A stretch of DNA of 62,910 bases, filler included, from Chiloscyllium plagiosum (Eukaryota), in NCBI RefSeq assembly GCF_004010195.1. It is 4 parts of one record of this genome, joined end to end, with 100 filler letters (N's around TTAATTAATTAA, not from the genome) between each part and the next. Parts side by side here need not be neighbours in the genome. Positions count along the whole stretch, not along the records: positions 50,275 to 62,910 come from NC_057711.1; 3 more parts are not named here. One strand, written 5' to 3'. Under the pieces are notes generated by a model that made no database searches, had not been told where the DNA came from, and saw nothing but the letters and a program-made list of their open reading frames with translations. Position 1 is the stretch's first letter, and each line of letters opens with the position of its first letter. The translations under genes and the position numbers were made by a program. This document shows positions 50,275 to 62,689 of the stretch, piece by piece.

Positions 50275-52674
50275 CTGCCTCCAATCAGCTTTCGAAAGTT
50301 CTTGCCTAATACCGTCAAAACTGGCCTTTCTCCAATTTAGAATTTCAACTTTTAGATCTGGTCTATCCTTTTGCATCACTATTTTAAAATGAATAGAATT
50401 ATGGTCGCTGGCCCCAAAGTGCTCCCCCACTGACACCTCAGTCACTTGTCCTGCTTTATTTCCCAAGAGTTGGTCAAGTTTTGCACCTTCTCTAGTAGGT
50501 ACATCCACATACTGACTCAGAAAATTGTCTTGGACACACTTAACAAATTCCTCTTCATCTAAACCTTTAACACTATGGCAGTCCCAGTCGATGTTTGGGA
50601 AGTTAAAATCCCCGACCATAACTACCCTATTATTCTTACAGATAGCTGAGATCTCCTTACAAGTTTGTTTCTCGATTTCCCTCTAGCTATTGGGTGGGTC
50701 TATAATACAATCCCAATAAGGTGATCATCCCTTTCTTATTTCTCAGTTCCACCCAAATAAATTCCCTGGATGTATTTCCGGGAATATCCTCCCTCAGCAC
50801 AGCTGTAATGCTATCCCTTATTAAAAATGCCACTCCCCCTCCTCTCTTGCCTCCCTTTCTATCCTTCCTGTAGCATTTGTATCCTGGAACATTAAGCTGC
50901 CAGTCCTGCCCATCCCTGAGCCATGTTTCTGTAATTGCTATGATATCCCAGTCCCATGTTCCTAACCATGCCTTGGGTTCATCTGCCTTCCCTGTTGGGG
51001 CCCTTGCATTGAAATAAATGCAGTTTAATTTATTAGTCCAACCTTGTCCCTGCCTGCTCTGACTGTTTGACTCGCTTCTGTTCTCAGCTGTACACGTCTC
51101 AGATCGATCTCTTTCCTCACTATCTCCCTGGGTTCCACACCCCCCACCTTGCTGGTTTAAATGCTCCCAAGCAAAATTTCCCTGCCAGTATATTAGTCTC
51201 CTTCCAATTTAGGTGCAATCCGTCCTTCTTGTACAGGTCACTTCTACCCCAAAAGAGTAGATCCAATGATCCAAAAATGTGAATCCTTCTCCCATACACC
51301 AGCTCCTCAGCCATGCATTCATCTGCTCTATCCTCCTATTCCTGCCCTCACTAGCTCATAGCACTGGGAGTAATCCAGATATTACTACCTTTGAGCAACT
51401 CCTTTTTAAATTTCTGCCTAACTGTCTGTAATCTCCCTTCAGAATCTCATCCTTTTCCCTTCCAATGTCGTTGGTTCCAATGTGGACAATGACCTCCTGC
51501 TGACCCCTTTTCCCCACGAGAACATTCTGCACCCTCTCTGAGACATCCTTGATCCTGGCACCAGGGAAGCAACACACCATTCTGCTTTTTCTCTGCTGGC
51601 CACAGAAACATCTGTCTGTACCTCTGACTACAGAATCCCCTAACACAATTGATCTCTTGGAAGCCGACATATCCCTCGTTGCATTAGAGCCAGTCTCAAT
51701 ACCAGAAACTTGGCTGTTTGTGCTATGTTCCCCTGAGAATCCATCACCCCCTACATTTTCCAAAACAGCATACCTGTTTGAAATGGGTATATCCACAGAA
51801 GACTCCTACACCAGCTGCCTACCTCTTTTACCCTTCCTGGAGTTAACCCATCTCTGTGACTGTATCTGAGACTTTCCCCCCTTCCTATAACTGCCATCCA
51901 TCACATACTGCTGCTGTTGGAAATTCCTCATCGCTTCTATCTGTCTCTCCAACCAATCCACTCGACCTGATAAGATTCGCATCCAACAACATTTATGGCA
52001 GATATAATCTGCAGTAACCCTTAAACTCTCTTTAAACTCCCACATCTGACAAGTAGTACATATCACTGCAAAGGCCATTTTTGCTCCTTCATAATCTACA
52101 GACCCAGAAAATAACACCGTTTTATTCCTCTACAAACACTGCCCCAGGTTAAATTAATAGCTATGGCTTATATTTTAAGTTTAATCAAGAGACTTATCTC
52201 CAGAAACATATAACCAAGAAAGAATCCACTGTACTCATTACTGCAGCCTTTCTCTCGGACAGACTTAAAACAACAATTAACTTATCTGATTCTGTGCTGT
52301 GAACTTCACCCAACAGTTCCTCCAAGATTAGTTGTGAATTTCACTGTTTGTTAATTTTCTCAGATGCACTCTGATGTCCAGTGATACATGAATTCAAACA
52401 GCAAAGGCAGTAACTGTGCAGGTGTTCGCTCTCTCTCTCTTCTGCACTGTCCTCACCATGTGCTTCCCTTGTCTGCTCGTCTCCCTTTTAAAACTGCTGT
52501 TCTTTTGACTTTTTTTCTCCAAAGTTCCAAAACAATGTAACAGCATATAAAACAGTAATTGCTACTCCTGGAATTCGAGGGAATCACCTCCAACACCTAA
52601 ACTACCTCAAAAAAAAGGAGCAGCTCTTACAGCCAGAAATTTTTCCTGTCCTCAATCTTGGATTACCCAGAATC
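50275..52674 (-). mobile_element. CR1 LINE 5' half: 5' UTR, ORF1 (zinc finger + SGNH esterase), ORF2 AP endonuclease
   Basis: CTTCQMWE..ICHKC (51806-52117). IVLGDSVVRG, CFPGA, HIGTND (51356-51796). DGLHLN (51120-51314). VGDFNFPNIDW and SDHN (50275-50619). Confidence 0.93.
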
Positions 52675-52677
52675 CTA

Positions 52678-53062
52678 TTTTATAGAGGTTTACAAAATTA
52701 TGAGGGGCATGGATAGCATAAATAGGCAAAGTCTTTTCCCTGGGGTCAGGGAGTCCAGAACTAGAGGGCATAGGTTTAGGGTGAGAGGGGAAAGATATAA
52801 AAGACACCTAAAGGGCAACGTTTTCACACGGTACACGGGTGGTACTGGTATTGAATGAGCTGCCAGAGGAAGTGGTGGAGGCTGGTACAATTGCAACATT
52901 TAAGAGGCATTTGGATGGGTATATGAATAGGAAGGGTTTGGAGGGATATGGGCCGGGTGATGGCAGGTGGGACTAGATTGGGTTGGAACATCTGGTTGGT
53001 ATGGACGGGTTGGACCGAAGGGTCTGTTTCCATGCTGTAAATCTCTATGACTCTGTGACTCT
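52678..53062 (+). mobile_element. Young CR1 3' end, head-to-head with the preceding element
   Basis: IEVYKIMRGMD...RTRGH followed by 3' UTR ending ctctatgactctgtgactct. Confidence 0.9.
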
Positions 53063-53921
53063 AAAAGGAAAACACAAAGTGTGTCTGCAAGTTTAGGGCC
53101 ATATTCGCAGGGAGATTGCTGTTAAACAGGGAAATGTCAGTCCCTAATTATCTTTAGGGTAGCAATAGATCACAGTCCAGTCTGAAGTTTCATCACTCTC
53201 TCTCTCCAGTCAGTCACTTAATTTACATCTGCAGATATTTTGACTTTATCAGAACTCTTTAAAAAAAAACACATTTTGGAATTACAATTTTAAAATGTGC
53301 ACAGTTCTTTGGGAGTATGACCCTCAGTCATGTCACATTGGAACATCATACCTCATTGTTCCTAACTTAGGAGCACTTGATGCCAGTAGTAGATGTCTGA
53401 AATTAAAGCTGCTTCATTTCCCAGTACTGACATTGCACATCTTAAAAGAGACAACTTTCTTGCAAAAAATACCATTGGACCAAAATCCCATCCCTAATTA
53501 TAGAGGACAGTTAAGAGTAAACCACATTGCTGTCGTCTGGAATCACATGTAGGCCAGAGCAGGTAAGAATGGCAGACTTCCTTCCTTAAAGGCATTTTAC
53601 AACAATTCATAATGGTTGCATGATTGCCATGGATGATGGAGTATTAGGCCAATGACATTACCACTACGCCTTTTATGTTGGTTTCTGAACTCATTGTTTC
53701 TCATCATTACTGTCCCAATTTCTATCACACCTTCCAATTATCATGTAATCAAGACTTTTAAAGGATCATTTTCTTTCTGGTAAAAGAAGAAGGACAAAAC
53801 AAGGGAAGTATTGACAATATGGGATTAGTTCTAGTAACAAGCCTTGACGATCAGAAATGGAACAATGTGTGGCCCAAGAAAAAATTATAACCAGCCCTCA
53901 GGCTTGGATGCATGAACAATG

Positions 53922-54119
53922 TTGAGAGTGTGATGCTGGAAAAGTACAGCAGGTCAGGCAGCATCCGGGGAGCCAGAGAATCGACTTTTCAGCCATAAGC
54001 CCTTCATCAGGAGCCAAAACGTCGATTCTCCTGCTCCTCAGATGCTGCCTGACTTGCTGTGCTTTTCCAGCACCACACTCTCGCCTTTGATCTCCAGCAT
54101 CTGCAGTCCTCACTTTCTG
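53922..54119. mobile_element. Palindromic PLE-derived insert with ~13-bp degenerate TSD
   Basis: gagagtgtgatgctggaaaag... mirrored by ...cttttccagcaccacactctc. Flanks tgcatgaacaatg (53909-53921) and tgcatggacagtg (54120-54132). Confidence 0.78.
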
Positions 54120-55022
54120 TGCATGGACAGTGAGCTAAAAGATATTCTTGTGTGTAATTAAGCAAGCAGTGGCTGTGATGGACTGGAAGTGAAGTCTCAA
54201 CACTTAAGTTGCCTCCCAGAACTTTCCTTGACAGTGTTTAGGCAAGCAAGTAAGTGATTTTCAGTGGTAATCTGGACAAATCGGCAGACTAGAGATTGAG
54301 CTAAACAGTCAATGGGTAAAATAAAACAAACTTGACGATCGAAGGTTTCAGATTTCAACTGTTTCAAACAAGCATTGTTATTTTTTGCAATGGAAATGAT
54401 TTTCATCTAATTTTCTTAATGTAGTAATTTACACACCATATCTCCTTCAACCTCAGCAAGTCTTAATTTGATTCCTAGGAAGGAGAGTAGGTTTTAGGGT
54501 TAAGTATCAGATCTATGGAATTGTCAAGGTCAACTTCACTGTGCAGAGATGCAATATAAAAAAGACAGTCGATGTCATGCAGTTAGGTTAAACATTGAAT
54601 GAACACTTCCTTTTAAATAATTCATTCTGCTTCTTGTACGTAGCTGTATTAATTATTTCTAGGCTTCCAATACCATGGAGTGTTGCTCTTACCTGATTTG
54701 AATTGGGAGTCGTATCAACTGCATAATAACTATGAAAAGGGAAAACAAATGTATTCATAGGATGCAGCATTCACTGTGCACAAGTGCAGAACTGACAGAT
54801 AAAGAAAAAGGAGAAAAAAAGTTACTATGATGTTAAGAGACAGCCTAGCATCTCTGCAGAATAAATTACATGATTCACTGAAGGCCTACGCACTGCATCT
54901 CCCATATAGAGAATTTGGAATGATAAAAGCTTGCATTGGCTGGGGATGATATTTACTGTATGATAGATTTACTAGCATCCCTGGTACAGTCACACTGTAT
55001 TGAATTATTGGCCTTTATTTAG

Positions 55023-55158
55023 CTGCATGTCCGCTGAAGCTTGAGTGTCTATTTAAACATAAGTGAGCTGGAGTACTGCCAAAACTTTCAAGCCTCTGGC
55101 AGATTTGTGGATAGAAGCAAATGGCATCAAACTCAAATAACAAGGGGCTTAAGGACAG
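55023..55158 (+). pseudogene. Candidate exon (136 bp, phase 0-1, one TGA)
   Basis: cctttatttAG acceptor and GTCAGT donor. Reads LHVR*SLSVYLNISELEYCQNFQASGRFVDRSKWHQTQITRGLRT. Confidence 0.4.
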
Positions 55159-56362
55159 GTCAGTGCCGGAAAAACAATGCCGACAACAGTAGCCTATGAA
55201 TATTGATGCATCCATAAATATTAATGAAAGATAGCGCACACCATTTGTTTCATAACCCTTGTTCTCCAGACTTCAAACGGTGCTTAAAATCCTTGTATCC
55301 TCAGAAAAAACACTGCATAGATGTTACTTAATCTTTCAGAGGGGAATACAATTGTTTGGTATTACAGGGAGTAAGCACCCAATAAATCTCTTCAAACATT
55401 TTTGTGTCCTTTAAGTGCTGCCTACGGGTTGGTATGATTTTTTAAAAAATTCTTCAATATCATTATTATTATCAGTTTTTAAAAATAGCTAATATAATAC
55501 CACATTTCTGTTTAAACAATTGCCATCCTCGGTTTTATGATTTAGCACCATCTAATGCAAAACATAATTGAAATCTAATTGTGGATGACACTCAGAAAGT
55601 TTCAATTGCAATTATATTTTTGATGCTGCTTCTTCAGGCTGAGTGATATTTACAATGCATGACATTTGTCTTGAAAAGTATGTGTGTGTGTGACAGTGGG
55701 TATATGTGTAGACAAATTAACCAGCTAGCCTTTGACGGTTCAGATGGTAATCTGTGATCTGATGTAGAACTGAGCCACACAGAAGCGCTTACTGCAAGTT
55801 ATTGTATTTGATTCTTGGCATGTGCTGAGATCTAAAATGGTTCTCACTATCATGATCAAGGAGTAAGGAAAAATAATTAACCACGTTTCACATACTTGAA
55901 TGCTTAAATATGCATCCTGCAGAAAGTATGACTAAGTGTGGGCCAGACATAGGGATGACTGCTCCACAAGTGAATGGGACCAGTCTCATATTTTCTGGCT
56001 TCATACAAGACTGCTGGTCAATTGTACAGGAAAGCCAGTCTCATATGGATCAATCCATTCAGGCAAGGAAAGAGAAACTGGCCTTTTTACTTGTTAAAAT
56101 TACAGTGGATAAACATTAAAATATTACCATCCAACCATGTTCCATATTCTACGGAGTGGTTACTATAATTAATCCTAATATAGCAAGTTCCACTTCTTGG
56201 GTTATTTAGTAATTTGATGCATGGTGTTCAACCATTAATTTTGTCTCATATTCAATTTATGGCCGGTGCTGTAGATAATATAATAGAATGGCCCAGTGAT
56301 TAAAAATCCTCCAACAGTTATGTGTTTTTGACTTACATTGAGAATGATGACTTTTTTTACAG

Positions 56363-56587
56363 TTTGTGAGAGCATTGCTTGAAGAATTTTGAAGAATTAC
56401 TTCAGGGAGAGAATGGAAGAAAATCAAAAGGAATGTCATTGAATACTGCTAAATAAAGCCTTGAGGTAACCTTTGTCACATCCTGTTTTTAGAAACAATT
56501 CCTTCTCTTCTATATTGCAGGAAACTGGTTGCTAACTTCTTATCTGTCCAGGCACATTCTAAGCACAAAAAATGCTTTCAAACTTAA
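56363..56587 (+). pseudogene. Two candidate exons (56363-56465 and 56521-56587)
   Basis: ctttttttacAG / GTAACC: CESIA*RILKNYFRERMEENQKECH*ILLNKAL. cttctcttctatattgcAG / GTGAGT: KLVANFLSVQAHSKHKKCFQT*. The 55-bp intron is unusually short. Confidence 0.35.
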
Positions 56588-57908
56588 GTGAGTTAGCAAT
56601 CTGATTTTGTCAGCAAATAATCCACTACAATTAGATAGATTAAAACACTGAATAGGTAATCTTTGTCCATCTTGATCCTACGCTGAGCACAGTATACCTG
56701 CCCTTGCTTGTTTTGGAAAATGAAAAAAGAGCACAATGCTGTGCTGGCTTGATGATCTTGCCACTTTATTCATAGTCAAGAAATTGGTTAACTTGTGCCC
56801 CTCCCTATACACTTGGTCATGCATGGATGTTTTCTATTGAATTTAAGTACAATGCATTAGCCACACGCCCATACTGATAAAATTTGCCCTAAAAATGCAA
56901 TAGTGCAGGTTAACTACCCTATTAATTGCAAAAACTGATGCAGCAGAAACTTGTGTTTTGCAGTCATCTAAGGGGTAAAGGATTTTTGCTTTAAGTGAGA
57001 GCTATTATTCCATTTCCAAGTAGGGTATATTAAATAGGTTAAATTAACCATAAAGCAAAGGCTAATTAGCACTAATTTTAACATGTAAAATGTTTCCATG
57101 TCCCTGTACAGCTGCAGAATCCACTCTTGAACTGAGTAAAAGGTGAAAATTATACCTTTACACAGCTGAAAAATAGAACACTAACAAAGACTTAAAGCCC
57201 CACATACAATGTTTGCTGCCAGTAGCTGAGGGGATGTACTCAGCCGTGTAGAGCTGATTATGAAAGATGAAAGAACCTAACGTTTAATTCCCCAGCCTCC
57301 ACAACCAGGCACACAACTCAAAGAGAAGCCAGAAGGATTCATGCCTCCTGTTTTGGAGAGAAATCTTCAGCTAAATCTTCAAATGATTCATTGTAGATAT
57401 ATAAAGTACAAAGACAATCCAGTTTAATAGTATGCAACATATCTTCACCAAGTTCAGCAGTTCAAAATTATTTGTGAGTCATCAAATCAATTTGAATTTT
57501 TTTTACAATGTTAAAGTCAGTCTCATGGGATTCAGAGAGCAGCATTACTTACCAGCAACTTATTAGAACTTGTGGTTGTGCTGTATGTGAAGTTATTATT
57601 TTAAAAACAGAATCGTTCCAAAATGACTACAAATTCAAAAACCGGACACTAAAGCTGGCTATACAAAAAGATGCTGTGTACTTACATTAAACATGAAATT
57701 CCTTTCACAGCACCAGCATTCACAATTATCTCTTCCACATCACATCTTCTGCATTCAATCAAAAGACAATCTTCCTTTCTCATTCCAAACATACTTTTTA
57801 TATCTTTCCTGAAACCACAAACTCAAAGCACGATCTTCATATATGAAATCTTCCTCACTTCTCATTTGGGTTTACTCTTGTTGCAGTCTCATTCAAATTC
57901 CCCCACCT

Positions 57909-58822
57909 TACTTCAAGGTAGAAGACAGAAGGTGGTGGTGGAGGGTTGTTTTTCAGGCTGGAGACCTGTGATCAGTGGAGCGCCACAAAGAGCGGTGCTG
58001 GGTCCTCTACTTTTTGTCATTTACATAAATGATTTGGATGCTAGCATAAGAGGTACAATTAGTAAGTTTGCAGATGACAACAAAATTGGAGGTGTAGTGG
58101 ACAGCGAAGAGGGTTACCTCAGATTACAACAGGATCTTGACCAGATGGGCCAATGGGCTGAGAAGTGGCAGATGGAGTTTAATTCAGATAAATGCGAGGT
58201 GCTGCATTTTGGGAAAGCAAATCTTAGCAGGACTTATACACTCCTAGGGAGTGTTGCTGAACAAAGGGACCTTGGAGTGCAAATTCATAGTTCTTTGAAA
58301 GTGGAGTCACAGGTAGATAGGATAGTGAAGAAGGTGTTTGGTATGCTTTCTTTTATTGGTCGGAGTATTGAGTACAGGAGTTGGGAGGTCATGTTGCGGC
58401 TGTACAAGACATTGGTTAAGCCACTGTTGGAATATTGCGTGCAATTCTGTTCTCCTTCCTGTCGGAAAGATGTTGTGTAACTTGAAAGGGTTCAGAGAAG
58501 ATTTACAAGGGTGTTGCCGGTTGGAGGATTTGAGCTATAGGGAGAGGCTGAACAAGCTGGGGCTGTTTTCCCTGGAGCGTCGGAGGCTGAGGGGTGACCT
58601 TATAGAGATTTATAAAATTATGAGGGATATGGATAGGGTAAATAGACAAAGTCTTTTCCCTGGGGTCAGGAAGTCCAGAACTAGAGAGCATAGGTTTAGG
58701 GTGAGAGGGGAAAGATATAAAAGAGACCTAAGGGGCAACTTTTTCAGCAGAGGGTGGTATGCGGGTTGGACCGAAGGGTCTGTTTCCATGCTGTACATCT
58801 CTATGACTCTATGACTCTATGA
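57909..58822 (+). mobile_element. 5'-truncated young CR1 LINE with deleted 3' UTR middle
   Basis: ORF 57671-58480 from LQGRRQKVVVEG onward, SKFADDNK. Tail ctctatgactctatgactctatgac. Confidence 0.93.
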
Positions 58823-58984
58823 CATACCCAATATACAGAATATACAGATATATATACAGGTACACCTTAATGACCTCACCTTGCTAAAAAAAATCCTAAT
58901 CTCTCACCCTCTATTTCTGCAGGGGAAAATAATATGTAATGCAAGGATCAAAGGAGTACTACCTAATATCAGTAGGTATTGTCA

Positions 58985-59132
58985 GAGGGTCAATCCTGAG
59001 GGAGTGAACACTGTCCAAGAGTCAGCGCTGAGGGACTGCCACATTGTTGGAGGGTCAATGCTGAGGGAGCAGGCAATGTCTGAGGGTCAGTGCTGATGGT
59101 GTTCTGCACTGTCGTAGAGTCAGTGTTGAGGG
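58985..59132 (+). repeat. Degenerate ~32-bp minisatellite (4-5 copies)
   Basis: Unit similar to gagggtcagtgctgagggagtgctgcactgtc. Confidence 0.6.
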
Positions 59133-59169
59133 AAACCCTTACACCCTTTTTCAACATGCATTGAACTAT

Positions 59170-60920
59170 AGAGAGTAGTGGTAAGTTGCTTTCTTGAAGC
59201 AGCAGTTTCTGTTTTTGTTCCCCCAATCTAAAGTTGTCTTCTCCAAGCCATTTTTTTTATCCAGAACAAATGTGAACCTTACCGTGTTGTGGTCGCTTTC
59301 ACCTAAATATTCTCCTTCTGCCACATCAAACACTTGTCCAGCTTCTTTCCTCAGAACCAGATCCAATACAGTAATGCCTTTTATTGGGCCTTCTACATAT
59401 TGATACAAGAAAACTCCCCTGGATACATTTCAAGAAATCTATCCCCTTTAAACCCTTAGAATTCTGACTATCCCAATTTATGTTGGGAAGGTTGAAATCC
59501 CCTAGTGTATTTACCCAGTTAGTAGTCTTTACACCTCTGAGAACTGTCTACATATTTGCTCCTCTATTTCCCGTGATTCTTCGGGGGCTTAAAATACACT
59601 CCCAGTAAAATAGCTGCTCCCTTAACATTCCTAAGTGCTACATGCAAAGCCTCATTTGAGGACCTTTCCAAGATATCATCTCTCCATATTGCAATAATTA
59701 CTCTTCAATTAATAGTACTGCACCACCCTTTTTGCATCCTCCTCTATCTTGCCTATCGCCAAAATGTTGAGTTGCCAGTCCAGACCTACCCTAAACCATG
59801 TTTCTGTGATAGCAACAATGTCATACTTGCATGTGTCAATCCACAACATTAGCTCATCAGTCTCACCTATTACATTCCTAGCATTAAAGTAACGACCACA
59901 CAATCTTGCCTTACTCTCTTGACATTCAACATTCAAATCACTCTGAGTTGCTTTCTTTGCTGTAGCATGATGTGTCTTTGTTTCATTGATATTCTGTGTC
60001 CTCTCCTACTGCCAGACTAGTTTGAACACTTCCCAATAGCACTAGCAAATCTACCTGCAAGGATGTTGGATCCAATGTGGTACATGTGCAGACCATCCCA
60101 TTTGTACATGTTCCACCTTCCCCCAAAATGATCGCAGAGATCCAGGAATCTAAAACCGTCACTCTTGATCCAGGCAGTCATCTGTCCTATTTTCCTATTT
60201 CTACACTCACTAGCACATGACACTGGGTACAAGCTAGAGATTCCAAACATCGAGGTACTGCTTTTTAATCGACTGCCTAGATCCCTGAATTCTTGATGCA
60301 AAACCTCATTGCTCACTTTGCCCACATAGTTGGTACCAACATGTGTCATGATCTCTAACTCATTACCCTCCCCTCTCAGGATGCCCTACAACCGTTCAGT
60401 GAGATCCCTGAGTCAGGGAGGCCATACAGCATCCTGGAGTCACATCTTTGAACACAGAAATGCCTGTCTGCTTCCTTGACTAAAGAATCCCTATCACTAT
60501 TTTCTTCCTTTCTTCTTCCTCACCTCCTCCCACACCCCAACCCCATACAGTCAAGCCACTTGTGATGTCAGAAACTTGACTCGGACTGCATTCCTCCACC
60601 TTCATCAGCTTCCAAAAGGGAATACTGGTTAGTGAGTAGAATCCTCGGGGACAGGATCCTGCCTGTTCTTTCTGGACTGTCTGGTGGTCACTCATTCCCT
60701 TCTTTCATCTAGTCCCTTGAGCTGCGGTGTGAACACCACTCTATACATGCTATCCACATAATTCTCAGCCTTATGGATATGCCAGAGCCTCTCCAACTGC
60801 TGCTCAAGTTCCGAGATGCAGAGCCCAAACTTCTACAGCTGGGAGCACTGGGTCATCTAGGACACTGGCAGTGTCCAGGAATCTCACATATGACAAGCTG
60901 CATATTCCGCTCAGCTAGCC
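59170..60920 (-). mobile_element. Old CR1 5' portion (ORF1 esterase + ORF2 endonuclease)
   Basis: HVGTN...DGLHM (60017-60349), YFNAR..DIVAITETW (59709-59936), VLDLVL..ESDHN (59166-59408). Confidence 0.88.
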
Positions 60921-61420
60921 TCTCCTGACATCTCTTTAACTTATTATTAATGCCTTAGAGTAGAATTATTTTGTTAGATGTCCTATTCTATCAGTAAGGT
61001 TAAAGTTTCAAGTGCAGTATGACTCTTCTTCAGAATCCTTCTTGTACATGTTGTGGTCTCCTTAAAGTTTCTTGACTAGACAAAAGGAAGTGGCTGCAGT
61101 AGTGAATAGTAGGAGGTCACCATTTCAGAATGCAAGTCTAAAGATCATATTCTACAAAATGCTGGCCAGTAAGACTATGTTTCAAAGAGTAGTATTGCAG
61201 GATATGTGTGGGAAATCTCCGTATCATTTCAGCTGACCTCAAAGTGTGGGTGGAAGGGCACAAGAAACTTACTTTGTGAATTTTCTTCACGGCAAAACAG
61301 TTCAACAGTTAAGCAATGAAGTAATATTAACATTTATGGGACTGAATGGAGCATGTCAGTCTCAGTTGACCCACAGCTGGAGGAATCAGACCTGACAGAA
61401 AATTGGCCAAACTAAATTAA

Positions 61421-62545
61421 CTACCTGGACGACACCTCCTCCCACCCATTATCCTGCAAGAATTCCATCCTGTTCTCCTAATTCCTCTTCCTCCACCGCA
61501 TCTGCTTGGACAAGGAGACATTCCACTCCCAAGCATCCCAGATGTACACATATTTTGAGCAATGTGCTTTTCCTCCCTCTGTCATCCAGACAGCCCTCTG
61601 TTGCACCACCTCCATTCCCCATTCCACTGCTCTAACCCCCACCTCTCCAAATGCAATTAAGGCAGAGCTCCCCCTTGTCCTCATCTACTACCCTACCAGC
61701 CTCCGCATCCAACGCATCATCATTAAACACTTCCTCCAACTCCAACTAGACCTCACCACCAAGGACATTTTCCCCTTCCCACCCCTCTCTGCCTTCCGCA
61801 AGGACCGTTCCCTTCGACAGTCCTTGGGTTGCGCCACTCTCCCCATTGACTCCCCTGAACCCTCAGGTACCTTGTCCTGCAACCGGAAAAGATGCAAGTA
61901 CACCACTCCCCTCACCTCCATCCAAGGCCCCAAGCAGTTCTTCCAGGTGAGACTGAGGTTCACCTGCCTCTCTTCCAACCTAGTTTACTGCACCAGGTGC
62001 TCCCAATGTTGTCTTGTCTACATTGGGGAGACCAAACATAAACTTAGCGAACAGTTCGTTGAGTATCTCTGCTGGGCCTGCAGAGGCTGACCGGACCTCC
62101 CAGTCACCACCCATTTTAATTCCCCTCCCCACTCCCTTTCCGATATGACCATCCTTGGCTTCCTCCATTGCCACAACAAACCACACCGCAAATTGGAGGA
62201 ACAATACATCATCTTCCGCCTGGGCAGCCTACAGCCTGGAGGATTCAACATTGAGTTCTCCAATTTTAAATAACCTCCCTTCCCATTCCCCAACTTTCTT
62301 CCCAGCCCCTCCCTCTCCTTTCCACTCCTCACTGCCACCAACCGGACTTATTTCTCCCAATGACCAACCAGGTTGTACCCTCTACCTGTCGACACCTATC
62401 CCTACTTCACCACCCCGCCCCTGCCACCCCCTTTATCTGCATCTCCCCCCGCACCAACCCCTAGTCCTGAAGAAGAGTTACACCCAAAACATTGACTTTT
62501 CTACCTCCTGATGCTGCCTGGTTTGCTGTGTTCTTCCTGTCTTCT
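61421..62545 (+). mobile_element. 5'-truncated Penelope-like element (RT thumb, GIY-YIG endonuclease, terminal repeat) with 12-bp TSD
   Basis: ORF 61506-62090 contains FTCLSSNLVYCTRCSQCCLVYIGETK. aaactaaattaa at 61409-61420 and 62546-62557. Decayed hammerhead core at ~62467. Confidence 0.9.
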
Positions 62546-62689
62546 AAACTAAATTAATTAGCAGCCAGCACCTATCAGCTATGGAATACAATGGAAACCA
62601 AGATCAATAAAGTCACAAAACTTCAAAGGGAACTGGCTGCAACCAGCTCAAGAATTGTGTGTTGAAGGCGTGTCAATCAGGCATTCTAG

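Noticed and set aside
23284..56465. Multi-UGA selenoprotein explanation for in-frame TGA codons
   Set aside because: TAG and TAA stops also occur in candidate exons, the contexts suit Arg rather than Cys/Sec, and no SECIS was identified.
57671..57908. N-terminal extension of the 269-aa ORF as a host-CR1 fusion protein
   Set aside because: Most likely chance read-through from pyrimidine-rich flank into a truncated CR1; no supporting signals.
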